The translations under genes were made by a program, and so were the position numbers. Of a stretch of DNA of 64,000 nt, positions 36,617 through 45,544 are shown one piece after another. The notes below the pieces were generated by a model that had not been told where the DNA came from, did not search any database, and saw nothing but the letters and a program-made list of their open reading frames with translations. The DNA is taken from IMG/VR virus record IMGVR_UViG_3300036770_007547, positions 62,001 to 126,000 of that record; one strand, given 5' to 3'. Position 1 is the first letter of the stretch, and each line of letters begins with the position of its first letter.

Positions 36617-37822
36617 CTACCCTCCAGAACGTTGACGACCGGCCACAGCAGGATCAGGAATGCAAGGTACAGCGCCCGGTTTAGATGGTGGGAACGGAAA
36701 CTGTGGTGCTTGCAACAATCCACTGCGATTGGTGACCACCGGTGAAGATACCGATCCCACTACTCCGCTGCCAAGCACACCGGTCTGCTGTCCGCGCAAC
36801 ACTGTCTTGGCACAACCTAGAACTTCTTCTTTGATGCTGGGTTTGCTGGTCTTGGTGGTTTCATAAATGCGACCGGCTTTTTGCACAGCACCTACTACCC
36901 CGGCCACAGATCCAGCCTGTACGTCTTGTATGATACCAACACCGGTGTCTAGGATACCGCCACGGCCGATCACACTACGGGTACCGCCAGGACGGCTCAA
37001 TGGACTTGTTTCTTGATCATAGTAGTTGGGATCGCCAAATCCCTGCACATTGGTGTCGGGTCTCACACCACCAATGGCACCGGTGTAGTATTTCACTGTT
37101 TCAAAATTGATGGTCATGGTGTTTTCCATGACACCGTCACCTGAATCGTAGTCGTAGTTGTCGTGCGACCAATCCGTGATCATGGGGTTTATCAACACAT
37201 ATTCAACAAACTTGTGCTGATTGAATCCGTATATAGATATGTCTTTGAAAAAAGGCGGTTTGCCGTTGGTGGTACCGTCGCTGTAGGATTCACCGATGTA
37301 GCCCCAGTCATTGGCCAGCCTATCTGGGGCATATATGTCTCTGCTGTTGTAGTCAAACCCATTGGTTTGGTTTCCACTGACACCCAGGGTACCATTGGTA
37401 GTGGCCTGACCACGATAGGGTTGGCTGGGGTCTTTGTAATAATAGGCAAAATAGTTGTACCACATGGTACGGATCAAATCTCCGCCGTCATCGTGCAATT
37501 TCACAGTGACTGGTTGATATTCGATCTTGCTCTGGACCAAGCGTTTGCGATTGTATTGATTCATGGTGTCCACAGACACCTTGTATTTGGGTAGGTCTAC
37601 TGTTTTTACCAGTAGACCTATCGTGCTTTGATCAGGAGAGGAGAAAATATTTCTCAGACGTGGTATCTGTGAAGTGTTGAGATTGAAGTAGACATGAAAT
37701 AGAAACTTGAAGCGCGGAGCGTTTTCATATCCACCACTGCGAAAAATCTTTGACGCATGGCGATAGTCCTTGACATAGTCATTGCCAAAAAAGGCTTTGA
37801 GAAAGTCCTGACCAAACGCCAT
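36617..37822 (-). CDS. Tail tube-fold protein (gp19/gp48/gp54-like tube initiator)
   Basis: VKTVDLPKY...NQYNRKR..QSKIEYQPVTVKLHDD; directly after the tube gene. Confidence 0.7.
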   Translation of the reverse strand: MAFGQDFLKAFFGNDYVKDYRHASKIFRSGGYENAPRFKFLFHVYFNLNTSQIPRLRNIFSSPDQSTIGLLVKTVDLPKYKVSVDTMNQYNRKRLVQSKIEYQPVTVKLHDDGGDLIRTMWYNYFAYYYKDPSQPYRGQATTNGTLGVSGNQTNGFDYNSRDIYAPDRLANDWGYIGESYSDGTTNGKPPFFKDISIYGFNQHKFVEYVLINPMITDWSHDNYDYDSGDGVMENTMTINFETVKYYTGAIGGVRPDTNVQGFGDPNYYDQETSPLSRPGGTRSVIGRGGILDTGVGIIQDVQAGSVAGVVGAVQKAGRIYETTKTSKPSIKEEVLGCAKTVLRGQQTGVLGSGVVGSVSSPVVTNRSGLLQAPQFPFPPSKPGAVPCIPDPAVAGRQRSGG

Positions 37823-37835
37823 ACGTCAGATCGAC

Positions 37836-38462
37836 TTAAGAGCCTGAGCCAGTTACCGTGGTTCCAGCTGCTCGTCCAACCGATGTACCCACACCAATAC
37901 CAAGCGGTGTTTGCACAGCGTTGTCGAAACGTATGTTCATGGTAATTGTCACTGCTTCACTATTGGCATAGTTGAGTTCGTTGTAGTTGACACTACGCAG
38001 GAAGCAACCATACATCTCCCAGGTCTCTAGGACTGTGGGTGCCGAAGTTCCGTTACCACCATCAAGTATCTCACAGCGTGTGAGGAACTTGTAGTCGATA
38101 CCGGCAGCAGCAGATGCCTGCTCAACGAAATCCAATTGTTTCTGGAGTTGTTCGCCCACCAGTTTGGCCACTTCACCGGAAGCATCGTCACGGAGGTTGA
38201 CCGTGAGTTCTTGCCAGGTGTGTTTGCCAGCCAAATAGAGTCGGCTGTTGTAGATGGGAATCTCGATCTCTTCAAACTCGACTTGTGGGCGAGTAAAATC
38301 GATCACTTGTTTGGTGAGCTCAGTCCTTGGGGTGCTTACTCCAAAGTTTTCGAATACCACTCGGAAGCGGTATTGAAGCTTGGGCATAAGCAGACCTTGA
38401 GTAGTGCTACTCTGGTCACTGGCCAAGGGCACTGTCATTCTTGTCAAAGATGAAACGGCCAT
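37836..38462 (-). CDS. gp19: Tail tube protein (T4 gp19-like)
   Basis: PKLQYRFRV, YLAGKHTW..LTVNLRDD, ETWEMYGCF, IRFDNA; follows the sheath gene. Confidence 0.88.
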   Translation of the reverse strand: MAVSSLTRMTVPLASDQSSTTQGLLMPKLQYRFRVVFENFGVSTPRTELTKQVIDFTRPQVEFEEIEIPIYNSRLYLAGKHTWQELTVNLRDDASGEVAKLVGEQLQKQLDFVEQASAAAGIDYKFLTRCEILDGGNGTSAPTVLETWEMYGCFLRSVNYNELNYANSEAVTITMNIRFDNAVQTPLGIGVGTSVGRAAGTTVTGSGS

Positions 38463-38484
38463 TTGTGTTTTCTCCTGTTCCTTT

Positions 38485-38490
38485 TATTTA
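38485..38490 (-). promoter_or_regulatory. Late promoter core TAAATA for the tail tube gene
   Basis: GATAAATA upstream of the AGGAG SD. Confidence 0.7.
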
Positions 38491-38509
38491 TCACTCAGTC
38501 GGTGTGTCA

Positions 38510-38531
38510 AATCGGGGCCTAGGCCCCGATT
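38510..38531 (-). terminator. Stem-loop between sheath and tube genes
   Basis: Perfect 22-bp palindrome aatcggggcctaggccccgatt. Confidence 0.65.
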
Positions 38532-38542
38532 GTCCTCAGTCA

Positions 38543-41500
38543 TCATACCGCCGAACTTGTAGCAGTTTGACCTGCTGCCAGTTCACCGGTGTTCTTGAGT
38601 CTCACCGGAATGTAGATGAACTCAACAGCCTTGACTGGTTCGATAGCAATGTCTACATAGAGTTCATTGCGGTCGATACGAGCCGGCGTGTTGTTAGACA
38701 GATCACAGACCACCAAGTAGTCATAGATACCACGCTTGGCGATCAAGTCGATCATGAGACCGTCGATCGCATTTGTGATCTCGTTACGAGTGATCTGATC
38801 ATTGGGTTCAAACACAAACTGCTTGGCAATCTCAGTCAATCGTCCACGTATGTAAGCTACCAGACGTGCTACGTTGATCCGATCCAATGCACTGGTCACT
38901 GCACTTTCAGTCTTGTTACCATAGTTGGTGATACCAACACCGGGGATGAACGTGATGGGGTTGATCTTGTTGGTGTAAAGAACATCCCGCAGTCCTTGTC
39001 CAGTCGCGATGCTGACAAACTCACCAGTCTGTGCATTGACATAACCAATGGATGCAGCATTGTCGATCACACCACGACGTACACCTGCCGGGGCCAACCA
39101 AGGGAATCCAACTTCATCGCTGCGAACGATAGTGCGCAACATCATGTGGCTGGCTGGTTGTACCACCACCGATCCCGAAAGATCGTTGGTCAAACAAGCA
39201 GGGTAGAACGTTCCCAGGTAAGGATCGCTGATAGTAAGGCCATCGCCCGAAGGGAAACCAGTACCGTTGTTGTTGGTACTCCAACTCACGATATCAGCAC
39301 CAACTGGTTCCAGTCGCATGGGTGTGTCGCCAATCACGAAACCGGTGTTGTTGCGCTCGTTGTTGAGTGCCACCATGTTGGGGATCAGTTCAGGATAGTT
39401 GGGAGTTGCGATGAGATCAAACACCAACTGTTCTTCACGCAATGTGTCGGAACTGTCGATGGCTGCTTTCATGGCCGCAACCACTACCTGACGCTGGCTC
39501 AATCGACCCATGTAGGGAGATCCGTCAGCGCGATTGCCCACTGTGGTAACCCAAGCATTGCTTTCAAGCACGCTCCAGTAGTTTGAGTCGCTGGGGAGAT
39601 TGCCCTGTGTGGTAGCTGTACAGATGTAAATGATTCCATCGTACTGCACAAGGTCGCCACCAACGTATGTGGTAGGATTGCTGTAACCGTCAACTTCGAA
39701 GTCGCGAGGATTGAAATAGTCAGAACGGAATGTCTTGACATTGAAACCACTACGACGTGTGTTGAACAACAATGTGCCCGAAGGATACAAAGTAGAATCG
39801 GGAGCATCGATGTCAAGATAGTTGCTGGTCAACAGTGTTGTGATGCTGGGGATCGAGTCAGTGACTGGATCTGTGACACCGTTTGGTGCCCAACGAGCAT
39901 CAGCGAACACAATGCCGTCTGATGTGGTTTGATCCGTGTTGTCGATCAACACCCACTGATTGACACCATTGAGCGGCTGCCAACGACGTATCACTGGATA
40001 GTTTTCGAGATCGCTGGTGTCGATCCAGAGATCACCGTTGACCAGATCAGTGTTGTCGCTTTGCTTGGTGGGCGAAGTAGCACTGAAGATCGGACCGGCT
40101 GGGTCGGTGAGAGTGAGGTTGAATCCACGAACGTCGAGATTGACGTTGCGATAACCTTGCCATCCCGAGTCGCCTTTGATCATGATGTCAGCTTGGTTGG
40201 TGGCCGAATAGTACCAACGGCGTCCATCAGCAGGATCCAGGCTTGGAGCATCGGCTGCAGCGGTATAATCAAGCTCTTCCCAAGATGACAGCAACAGAGA
40301 ACCAGTGATGTCTTTGGGTCCTGAACGCACACCGTCGGTGCTGGTAGTGAATCCAGCTGCTGTGAGTGGTGTACCCAGTGTGTTGGCGAGAACGATGTCA
40401 CCACCACGAGCATGTGTAAATGCGATAGCTCCGGTGTCTGTGACCGAAGCCGACACGTTGGCTACACCAGCTGCCGAAACCGCAGCAACGAAATCGGCTG
40501 CTGTGGTACCACTCAAGGTCACTGTCACGGCAGCAGTCAACGAGTCACTGTTGGCTTGGCTGGCACGGATAGTAAAGGTGTTGCCGGAAGTAAAGGTCGG
40601 TGTGAGTTCGTCACCAACAATCACTGTGGGACCAGTGGTGGCACGCACCAACGGCAGGAATGTCACAGTGTTATTGAGCACCGAAGCGCTGGTCAATTCA
40701 GGATCGGCATTGTACTGGATGTACAGTGTGTCGGCCGGAATGTTTTGACCACCACCAACTGGATCGAGAGCCTTGTCGGCGCTCCAGTTGTTTTCGTAGA
40801 TCGGTGTGCTCTGTGTCACAAACGCACCCAGAGCAGAACTGTAACGACGCACCACGATGTCGGCACCGTTGTTCACGGCTGTCAGCATGTTCCATACCGA
40901 GCCAGTGGGGCGCGGGGAAACGTCGGTGCTGCGCCAGCGTGGTACTGTGTAGTTGGGACTCTGCTGGAGAGCAGGGGCGAAATAAGTGCCCGAAGTCATG
41001 CCCAACGCGGTCAACAGTGCTGCGGTACTTTCGCTGGAGATGTTGATGACGCCACCATCAGAACTGGATCCATCGCTGAGAGCCGAGCTGTCAGCGGTCA
41101 ATACCAAGCGATCGCTGCTGTCGACTTCGGCATAGATGCCGGGCAAGTTCACCGAACGCTGATTGTTGATCGCGTTGGCAAGACCTTCCACGGTGTTGTT
41201 GGGGCTGGCAGGTACCGAAACGTACACACCGTTGATCACGATCTGTTGTCCGGCTGTGAGAGCCGCGGTCACTGCTTCTTCGCCTTGAACTGTGGGCCAG
41301 CTGAGTTTCCAGGCATCGCTGCCTACCAGGACCCAGGCGTTGTCGCTGTTTTTGTAATAGATGGGGTTGTATGCGCTGAGAGCATTCACACAATAGTCAC
41401 CAATGTTGCCTATGCTGGCAAGAGGTACGCCGCCAGACACTTGATTGGATGCTGTGATCACCAAAGGAATCTTGGTAGAAAATGCGCCAGTGGTTTGATT

Positions 41501-41947
41501 CCACTCAAAAACACCCCAAGAAGTGCTTTCTGTGTCAAGCCAATAAGTATCATTGGTGGGAGCACCAAGAGGGCGCACCAGTGATGCTGTGAGCTCGGCG
41601 AGGTCGATGTCAGCACGCTGTACATAGGCACGATTAGTGATGCCTAGCACAGAGAACGCTGCCAACAAACCGTATTCGTTGAGTTCATAACCGTTGATCG
41701 GTGTTCCAGCCGAAGTCTTGTAGAAGAAAGGATTTCCAAACGTGGCGGCTAAATCACGTTGGCTTGTGATGAGATAAACACGATCTGCGTTGGCAGCCAA
41801 TGTGCCAGGTGCTACGCCTACTCCAGTTCCCGAAATCTTGTTTTGCGCAGTGGCAATCAAGATGTAAGGCACTGAGTTGGTAGCAGCAGGTACATAGTTC
41901 GACTCATCGATAACTGTAACTTCTACACCGGGGGATACGAGGGCCAT
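38543..41947 (-). CDS. gp18: Contractile tail sheath protein (T4 gp18-like), enlarged
   Basis: MALVSPGVEVTVIDES, WLAPAGVRRG, LYTNKINPI, SALDRINVARL, FEPND..TR, IEPVKAVEFIYI. Confidence 0.96.
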   Translation of the reverse strand: MALVSPGVEVTVIDESNYVPAATNSVPYILIATAQNKISGTGVGVAPGTLAANADRVYLITSQRDLAATFGNPFFYKTSAGTPINGYELNEYGLLAAFSVLGITNRAYVQRADIDLAELTASLVRPLGAPTNDTYWLDTESTSWGVFEWNQTTGAFSTKIPLVITASNQVSGGVPLASIGNIGDYCVNALSAYNPIYYKNSDNAWVLVGSDAWKLSWPTVQGEEAVTAALTAGQQIVINGVYVSVPASPNNTVEGLANAINNQRSVNLPGIYAEVDSSDRLVLTADSSALSDGSSSDGGVINISSESTAALLTALGMTSGTYFAPALQQSPNYTVPRWRSTDVSPRPTGSVWNMLTAVNNGADIVVRRYSSALGAFVTQSTPIYENNWSADKALDPVGGGQNIPADTLYIQYNADPELTSASVLNNTVTFLPLVRATTGPTVIVGDELTPTFTSGNTFTIRASQANSDSLTAAVTVTLSGTTAADFVAAVSAAGVANVSASVTDTGAIAFTHARGGDIVLANTLGTPLTAAGFTTSTDGVRSGPKDITGSLLLSSWEELDYTAAADAPSLDPADGRRWYYSATNQADIMIKGDSGWQGYRNVNLDVRGFNLTLTDPAGPIFSATSPTKQSDNTDLVNGDLWIDTSDLENYPVIRRWQPLNGVNQWVLIDNTDQTTSDGIVFADARWAPNGVTDPVTDSIPSITTLLTSNYLDIDAPDSTLYPSGTLLFNTRRSGFNVKTFRSDYFNPRDFEVDGYSNPTTYVGGDLVQYDGIIYICTATTQGNLPSDSNYWSVLESNAWVTTVGNRADGSPYMGRLSQRQVVVAAMKAAIDSSDTLREEQLVFDLIATPNYPELIPNMVALNNERNNTGFVIGDTPMRLEPVGADIVSWSTNNNGTGFPSGDGLTISDPYLGTFYPACLTNDLSGSVVVQPASHMMLRTIVRSDEVGFPWLAPAGVRRGVIDNAASIGYVNAQTGEFVSIATGQGLRDVLYTNKINPITFIPGVGITNYGNKTESAVTSALDRINVARLVAYIRGRLTEIAKQFVFEPNDQITRNEITNAIDGLMIDLIAKRGIYDYLVVCDLSNNTPARIDRNELYVDIAIEPVKAVEFIYIPVRLKNTGELAAGQTATSSAV

Positions 41948-41979
41948 AGTTGCTTCCTTGTAAAAAAGTTTGTCCTTGA

Positions 41980-41985
41980 TATTTA
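41980..41985 (-). promoter_or_regulatory. Late promoter core TAAATA for the sheath gene
   Basis: CATAAATA in the divergent intergenic region. Confidence 0.75.
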
Positions 41986-42042
41986 TGAAAAGCCGATAAA
42001 ATCAGGCCGTTACGATAGCCTACATATAGGTTTAAATACAAG

Positions 42043-42387
42043 ATGAGACCGTTATGTAGCGTTTGCAACAGCAATTTCCGGGCAGTGGCGTACCACAAGT
42101 ATGACCGCGTCTACTATCGCAGTCGTTGTGATTCATGCATACGCAAAGGAAAGAAACTCAAGAAGGTGCAACCCAGATGGGTTCGTGCTGGATATCAAAA
42201 AAAGAAACAGTGCGACCGCTGCCGTTTCATAGCCCGGCACACATCACAACTGTTGGTGTATCACGTAGATGGTAATCTCAACAACAACGAACTGAGAAAT
42301 CTCAAAACTATTTGCTTGAATTGCTCGGTGGAAATCACTAAGATGGATCTGCCTTGGAAGCGCGGAGATCTTGAACCAGATCATTGA
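42043..42387 (+). CDS. Small Zn-finger/HNH-like protein
   Basis: CSVC, CDSC, CDRC...YHVDGNLNNN..RNLKTICLNC; TAAATA at 42033-42038. Confidence 0.75.
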   Translation: MRPLCSVCNSNFRAVAYHKYDRVYYRSRCDSCIRKGKKLKKVQPRWVRAGYQKKKQCDRCRFIARHTSQLLVYHVDGNLNNNELRNLKTICLNCSVEITKMDLPWKRGDLEPDH

Positions 42388-42979
42388 CTTGGGCATACAA
42401 GTCGTCAAGGCTGCCGTTGTTGTCGATCACACGATCAAAGTCGGTACCAATCCACGAAGTTTCGCTGGCATGTACTCCTAGATTTTGCAAGGCCACGGCG
42501 GCAAATTCTACGCCACTATTGGCCGATTCGGCGATGCTGTACCAGTCAGGATCTGGGCCACGTTTCACACGGATCACAGCACCGCCTTGGGCACGGATGG
42601 CACGGATCTCGTTGGGGAAACGACAGTCCGAGATCACAACATCGTCCTGTGCTGTGCGTAGTTTGTTTTCCAAACTGGCTATCCAGATGTCATCGTGGAA
42701 TCCACGTCGACATACTTCTGTGCCCCAATGTTGTAGGATATAGCGTGGGGTGATCTCGCGACCCAAGCGACGACTCCACCATTCATCGGGCTGTTCTCTC
42801 CATTCCCGACTGCTCTTGGTGCGACCCTCTAGCATGGTACGATCCCAGCCAAACACCGCGGCGCACGCATCTTTCAAAGTGGCTGCAAAACTGTCCCTGC
42901 GGAACTCATGGATATTCACGAGATAATCGGCGATGGTATCTTTTCCAGCCCCGATGAGACCACACACTCCAATGATCAT
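42338..42979 (-). CDS. gp1: Deoxynucleoside monophosphate kinase (T4 gp1-like)
   Basis: MIIGVCGLIGAGKDT, SFAATLKD, TPRYILQHWGTE, ISDCRFPNE, HASE. Confidence 0.92.
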   Translation of the reverse strand: MIIGVCGLIGAGKDTIADYLVNIHEFRRDSFAATLKDACAAVFGWDRTMLEGRTKSSREWREQPDEWWSRRLGREITPRYILQHWGTEVCRRGFHDDIWIASLENKLRTAQDDVVISDCRFPNEIRAIRAQGGAVIRVKRGPDPDWYSIAESANSGVEFAAVALQNLGVHASETSWIGTDFDRVIDNNGSLDDLYAQVNDLVQDLRASKADPS

Positions 42980-43620
42980 TGCAACTTCTCCTGTATGAAT
43001 TTTGCAAAAGCCCAATGGGCTTCGAGTTCGTAATGTTGTTCTATGCGTTTGAATCCGTGAGTGTCACAGAAATCCACCCAGCTGGGCAAAACCAGATTGT
43101 TTTGTTTCAGGCATCGATGCAAAGAGGTATCCCCGGGCACCTGATAGCTGAAACCAAATCTCCAGTCAATGTTTTTGCTGTCAAGATACTGTTGCAAAGC
43201 CAGCATTTGCACCACGCTGTGTTCGCGAAACCATTCGTCATCAAACTGATCACGGAATATGCTTTGTGCCAACACATGCATCAAAGCACCGTTGTTGTTG
43301 AGACGAGGATGCAGCTCTATGGCATTACCGCTGTTCAACGAAAAATAACGAGATTTTAGATCGCGTTCCTGCCAGAATGGTATGGCCAATTCCAAACGAT
43401 CGAAGTGGCTCCATTGAATGTACACAAAATCGTAGTGATGTTCCTCGAGATGTTGCACAGTGCGGCGGCGTATGCTGTCGTTGCTGCTGCCGGCCTGGGC
43501 TATGTTCACGACCTGCCAATCCGCAACATAGTTGGGCCAAGTCAATGTCGGACTCACTTCGGCATCTTCGTGTAATTCGCAACCTTGCACATGGCTGCAT
43601 CCGTTGACCAACACTTTCAT
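42976..43620 (-). CDS. SGNH/GDSL hydrolase-like hypothetical protein
   Basis: NGCSH block I, NIAQAGSSND block II, IQWS, C-terminal HY...AH. Confidence 0.55.
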   Translation of the reverse strand: MKVLVNGCSHVQGCELHEDAEVSPTLTWPNYVADWQVVNIAQAGSSNDSIRRRTVQHLEEHHYDFVYIQWSHFDRLELAIPFWQERDLKSRYFSLNSGNAIELHPRLNNNGALMHVLAQSIFRDQFDDEWFREHSVVQMLALQQYLDSKNIDWRFGFSYQVPGDTSLHRCLKQNNLVLPSWVDFCDTHGFKRIEQHYELEAHWAFAKFIQEKLQ

Positions 43621-44150
43621 GTGAGTTCACGTATGTTGAGATGTTCGAGGGTATCATGCAACATCACAATCTGTCGCCGACAGTCTTCGAGGGCATTGTG
43701 AGTGGCCGGTGGTTTTGGCACTCCCGGCCATAGGCTGTAAACTGTTCGAGCATCGCGCACACGGTAATATTTCCAAGGCAGGGCCATGCCAGCTTCTTTG
43801 TAAGCATGCTCGAGTATGTTGGCATCAAAAGTGGGACCATTGGCCCAGAACCTATTGCTGTGCCAGATCATCCGGCCCAGTTCTTCCAGACTTTGTTTCA
43901 ACGAAATACGATCGTGGTCTCCAAACGCTTCGTCTTGTATGTGTTTGGGTTGTTGGCTCCACCAGGCCAAGGTGTCGTCCTGTACTCGCCGAGAAGGCTG
44001 GCTTTCGGGATCAATCCTGGCATAGTAGCTGATCCAGTTTTCCCAATCGCAATGCCGATTGAGGGGATCAAATGTCTGCGCTGCGATTGTGATTATGCAG
44101 GCCTCGGGTCCTGTGCCCAAGGTTTCGATGTCGATCATGATATCAGCCAT
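43617..44150 (-). CDS. DEDDh 3'-5' exonuclease (RNase AS-like)
   Basis: IMIDIETLG, WANGPTFD, PWKYY.VRDART, HNALED. Confidence 0.88.
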   Translation of the reverse strand: MADIMIDIETLGTGPEACIITIAAQTFDPLNRHCDWENWISYYARIDPESQPSRRVQDDTLAWWSQQPKHIQDEAFGDHDRISLKQSLEELGRMIWHSNRFWANGPTFDANILEHAYKEAGMALPWKYYRVRDARTVYSLWPGVPKPPATHNALEDCRRQIVMLHDTLEHLNIRELT

Positions 44151-44156
44151 GCTGGG

Positions 44157-44185
44157 ATTATAGCATGACTTGGGAAGCCAGTCTA
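44157..44185 (-). promoter_or_regulatory. Sigma70-type early promoter, leaderless transcript
   Basis: TAGACT-17 nt-TATAAT with TG extension; ATG 6 nt after the -10 box. Confidence 0.75.
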
Positions 44186-44464
44186 GCGATAAAGGTTGAG
44201 TAGTTTGAGCAGTTTGGCCTTGGGATTTATCCGCTTGGTACGCTTGGCCTTGCGTGCCTGTCGAACCTTGGTGCGCTGGCGTGTTTTTTTCATGCGTTGT
44301 GCTTGGGCAACATCTGGCGCCGACGAACAGTCGGACACCTTGGGCACTGTACGGTTGCGCCTAGGACCAGATTCACAGCGCCAACGCAGGGTCACTTTGC
44401 CGGTCTTGGGATTCCGCCGCCACACCATGCGATGCTCGTCCAAGATGAATTCGCTGGCTCTCAC
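44183..44464 (-). CDS. Small very basic probable internal head protein
   Basis: MRASEFILDE N-terminus (GTG start), R/K-rich, RC.SGPR..R.V. Confidence 0.65.
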   Translation of the reverse strand: MRASEFILDEHRMVWRRNPKTGKVTLRWRCESGPRRNRTVPKVSDCSSAPDVAQAQRMKKTRQRTKVRQARKAKRTKRINPKAKLLKLLNLYR

Positions 44465-44467
44465 AAA

Positions 44468-45229
44468 CTATCCTATCACAAAAGTCAGTGGTTGGCTGCC
44501 ATCCACATAGAGTTTGAGATCTTCTATGCACCGGTCCATCATGGCCTGGCCTTCGCTCTTCATGGCAGCACCATTGAGCGCTGTACCACCCTGTGGGCCT
44601 GCGATGCTGGCAAATTTTTCGCGAGCTTCGCCGATGATGTATTTGGCTGCACCCACCATGTAATCACGAAACCACTGCGAGATCTGATAGTCGCTCAACA
44701 GCGTGATTTCGGGCTTGAGATTGTAGGTCCACAACAACACCACTTCGTCGTTGCCGCGCGGATCGCGTATGAGTTGCAGCTTCTTGGTCACCGGATTCCA
44801 GGTATAGTTGATGTAACCTCCAAACATCCTGGCAGCCAGTTCCACATATTGCTGATAAAAGTCATATGTGGCCATTCCGCCCGATGCTTGGTTGAAATTG
44901 AGTAGATACACGTTGAGTGTGGCTGCGCCAAATGGGTCGAAACTGTAGCCACCTACACCAGTGATACCAATGGTTCTACGGAAAATCTGGCGCACTTGAG
45001 TGACTTCTTGTGGCAATGTGTACACGTTCACGTCATCCTGCAACTGCAAGAAACTGTAGCTCTCTTCGTAGGCGTTTTGAGCTCGTTGGCGATATGTGCC
45101 TAGGGTTTTCTGATAGGCTGCTTCGAGGTGTGCTGGGTCTAGCTCGATGTCGATGATGCCATCACCCAGTTCGAGTCTCACATACTCGAGCAGTTGGCTT
45201 TTGAGGGGTTCTAGTGTTTGATCTGCCAT
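44468..45229 (-). CDS. gp13: Neck protein (T4 gp13-like)
   Basis: LGDGIIDIELD, YTLPQEV..V, GEAREKF.SIAGPQGGTALNG, P..FVIG. Confidence 0.88.
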   Translation of the reverse strand: MADQTLEPLKSQLLEYVRLELGDGIIDIELDPAHLEAAYQKTLGTYRQRAQNAYEESYSFLQLQDDVNVYTLPQEVTQVRQIFRRTIGITGVGGYSFDPFGAATLNVYLLNFNQASGGMATYDFYQQYVELAARMFGGYINYTWNPVTKKLQLIRDPRGNDEVVLLWTYNLKPEITLLSDYQISQWFRDYMVGAAKYIIGEAREKFASIAGPQGGTALNGAAMKSEGQAMMDRCIEDLKLYVDGSQPLTFVIG

Positions 45230-45230
45230 A

Positions 45231-45264
45231 GTGGGCTCCGTGTGGTATTTAGCACGGAGCCCAC
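45231..45264 (-). promoter_or_regulatory. RBS-sequestering hairpin with a late promoter in the loop
   Basis: Perfect 12-bp stem gtgggctccgtg/cacggagcccac; loop reads CTAAATACCA on the minus strand; the mRNA 3' arm contains the GGAG SD and ends 1 nt before the gp13 ATG. Confidence 0.8.
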
Positions 45265-45269
45265 ACGGA

Positions 45270-45491
45270 TTAACCCTGGCTTACAAACTTGTTGAGTTTT
45301 TCAGCTTCGGCCAGCACACTGTCAGTGCTGGGAAAATCCGGCAAGGCAGGAAATGGTGCCTGTTTGTCGGTTTCAAACCGGCAGTGATATTCCTGTATCA
45401 AGGCCTCTCGGCGTTGGAATACTGGCGTTGTGAGTACTTCGTTGGCCAGCTTGAGGAGTTCGAGACGGATCTCGTAGGGTGTTTTGCTCAT
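45270..45491 (-). CDS. Small phage protein of the 'PYEIRLELL' type
   Basis: MSKTPYEIRLELLKLA...AEKLNKFVS; AAGGAG SD preceded by a CA-rich leader. Confidence 0.75.
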   Translation of the reverse strand: MSKTPYEIRLELLKLANEVLTTPVFQRREALIQEYHCRFETDKQAPFPALPDFPSTDSVLAEAEKLNKFVSQG

Positions 45492-45544
45492 GGTAGTCTC
45501 CTTTCTGTGAGTGTGTGTATGTGCTACACGAGCATGTTTAGTTA

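Noticed and set aside
38441-41584. Long plus-strand ORFs (381 and 390 aa) opposite the sheath gene, and similar ones at 958-1794, 4089-4982, 22020-22895, 56201-57049 and 62489-63325
   Set aside because: Antisense shadows of strongly codon-biased real genes; no recognisable motifs, SD or promoter.
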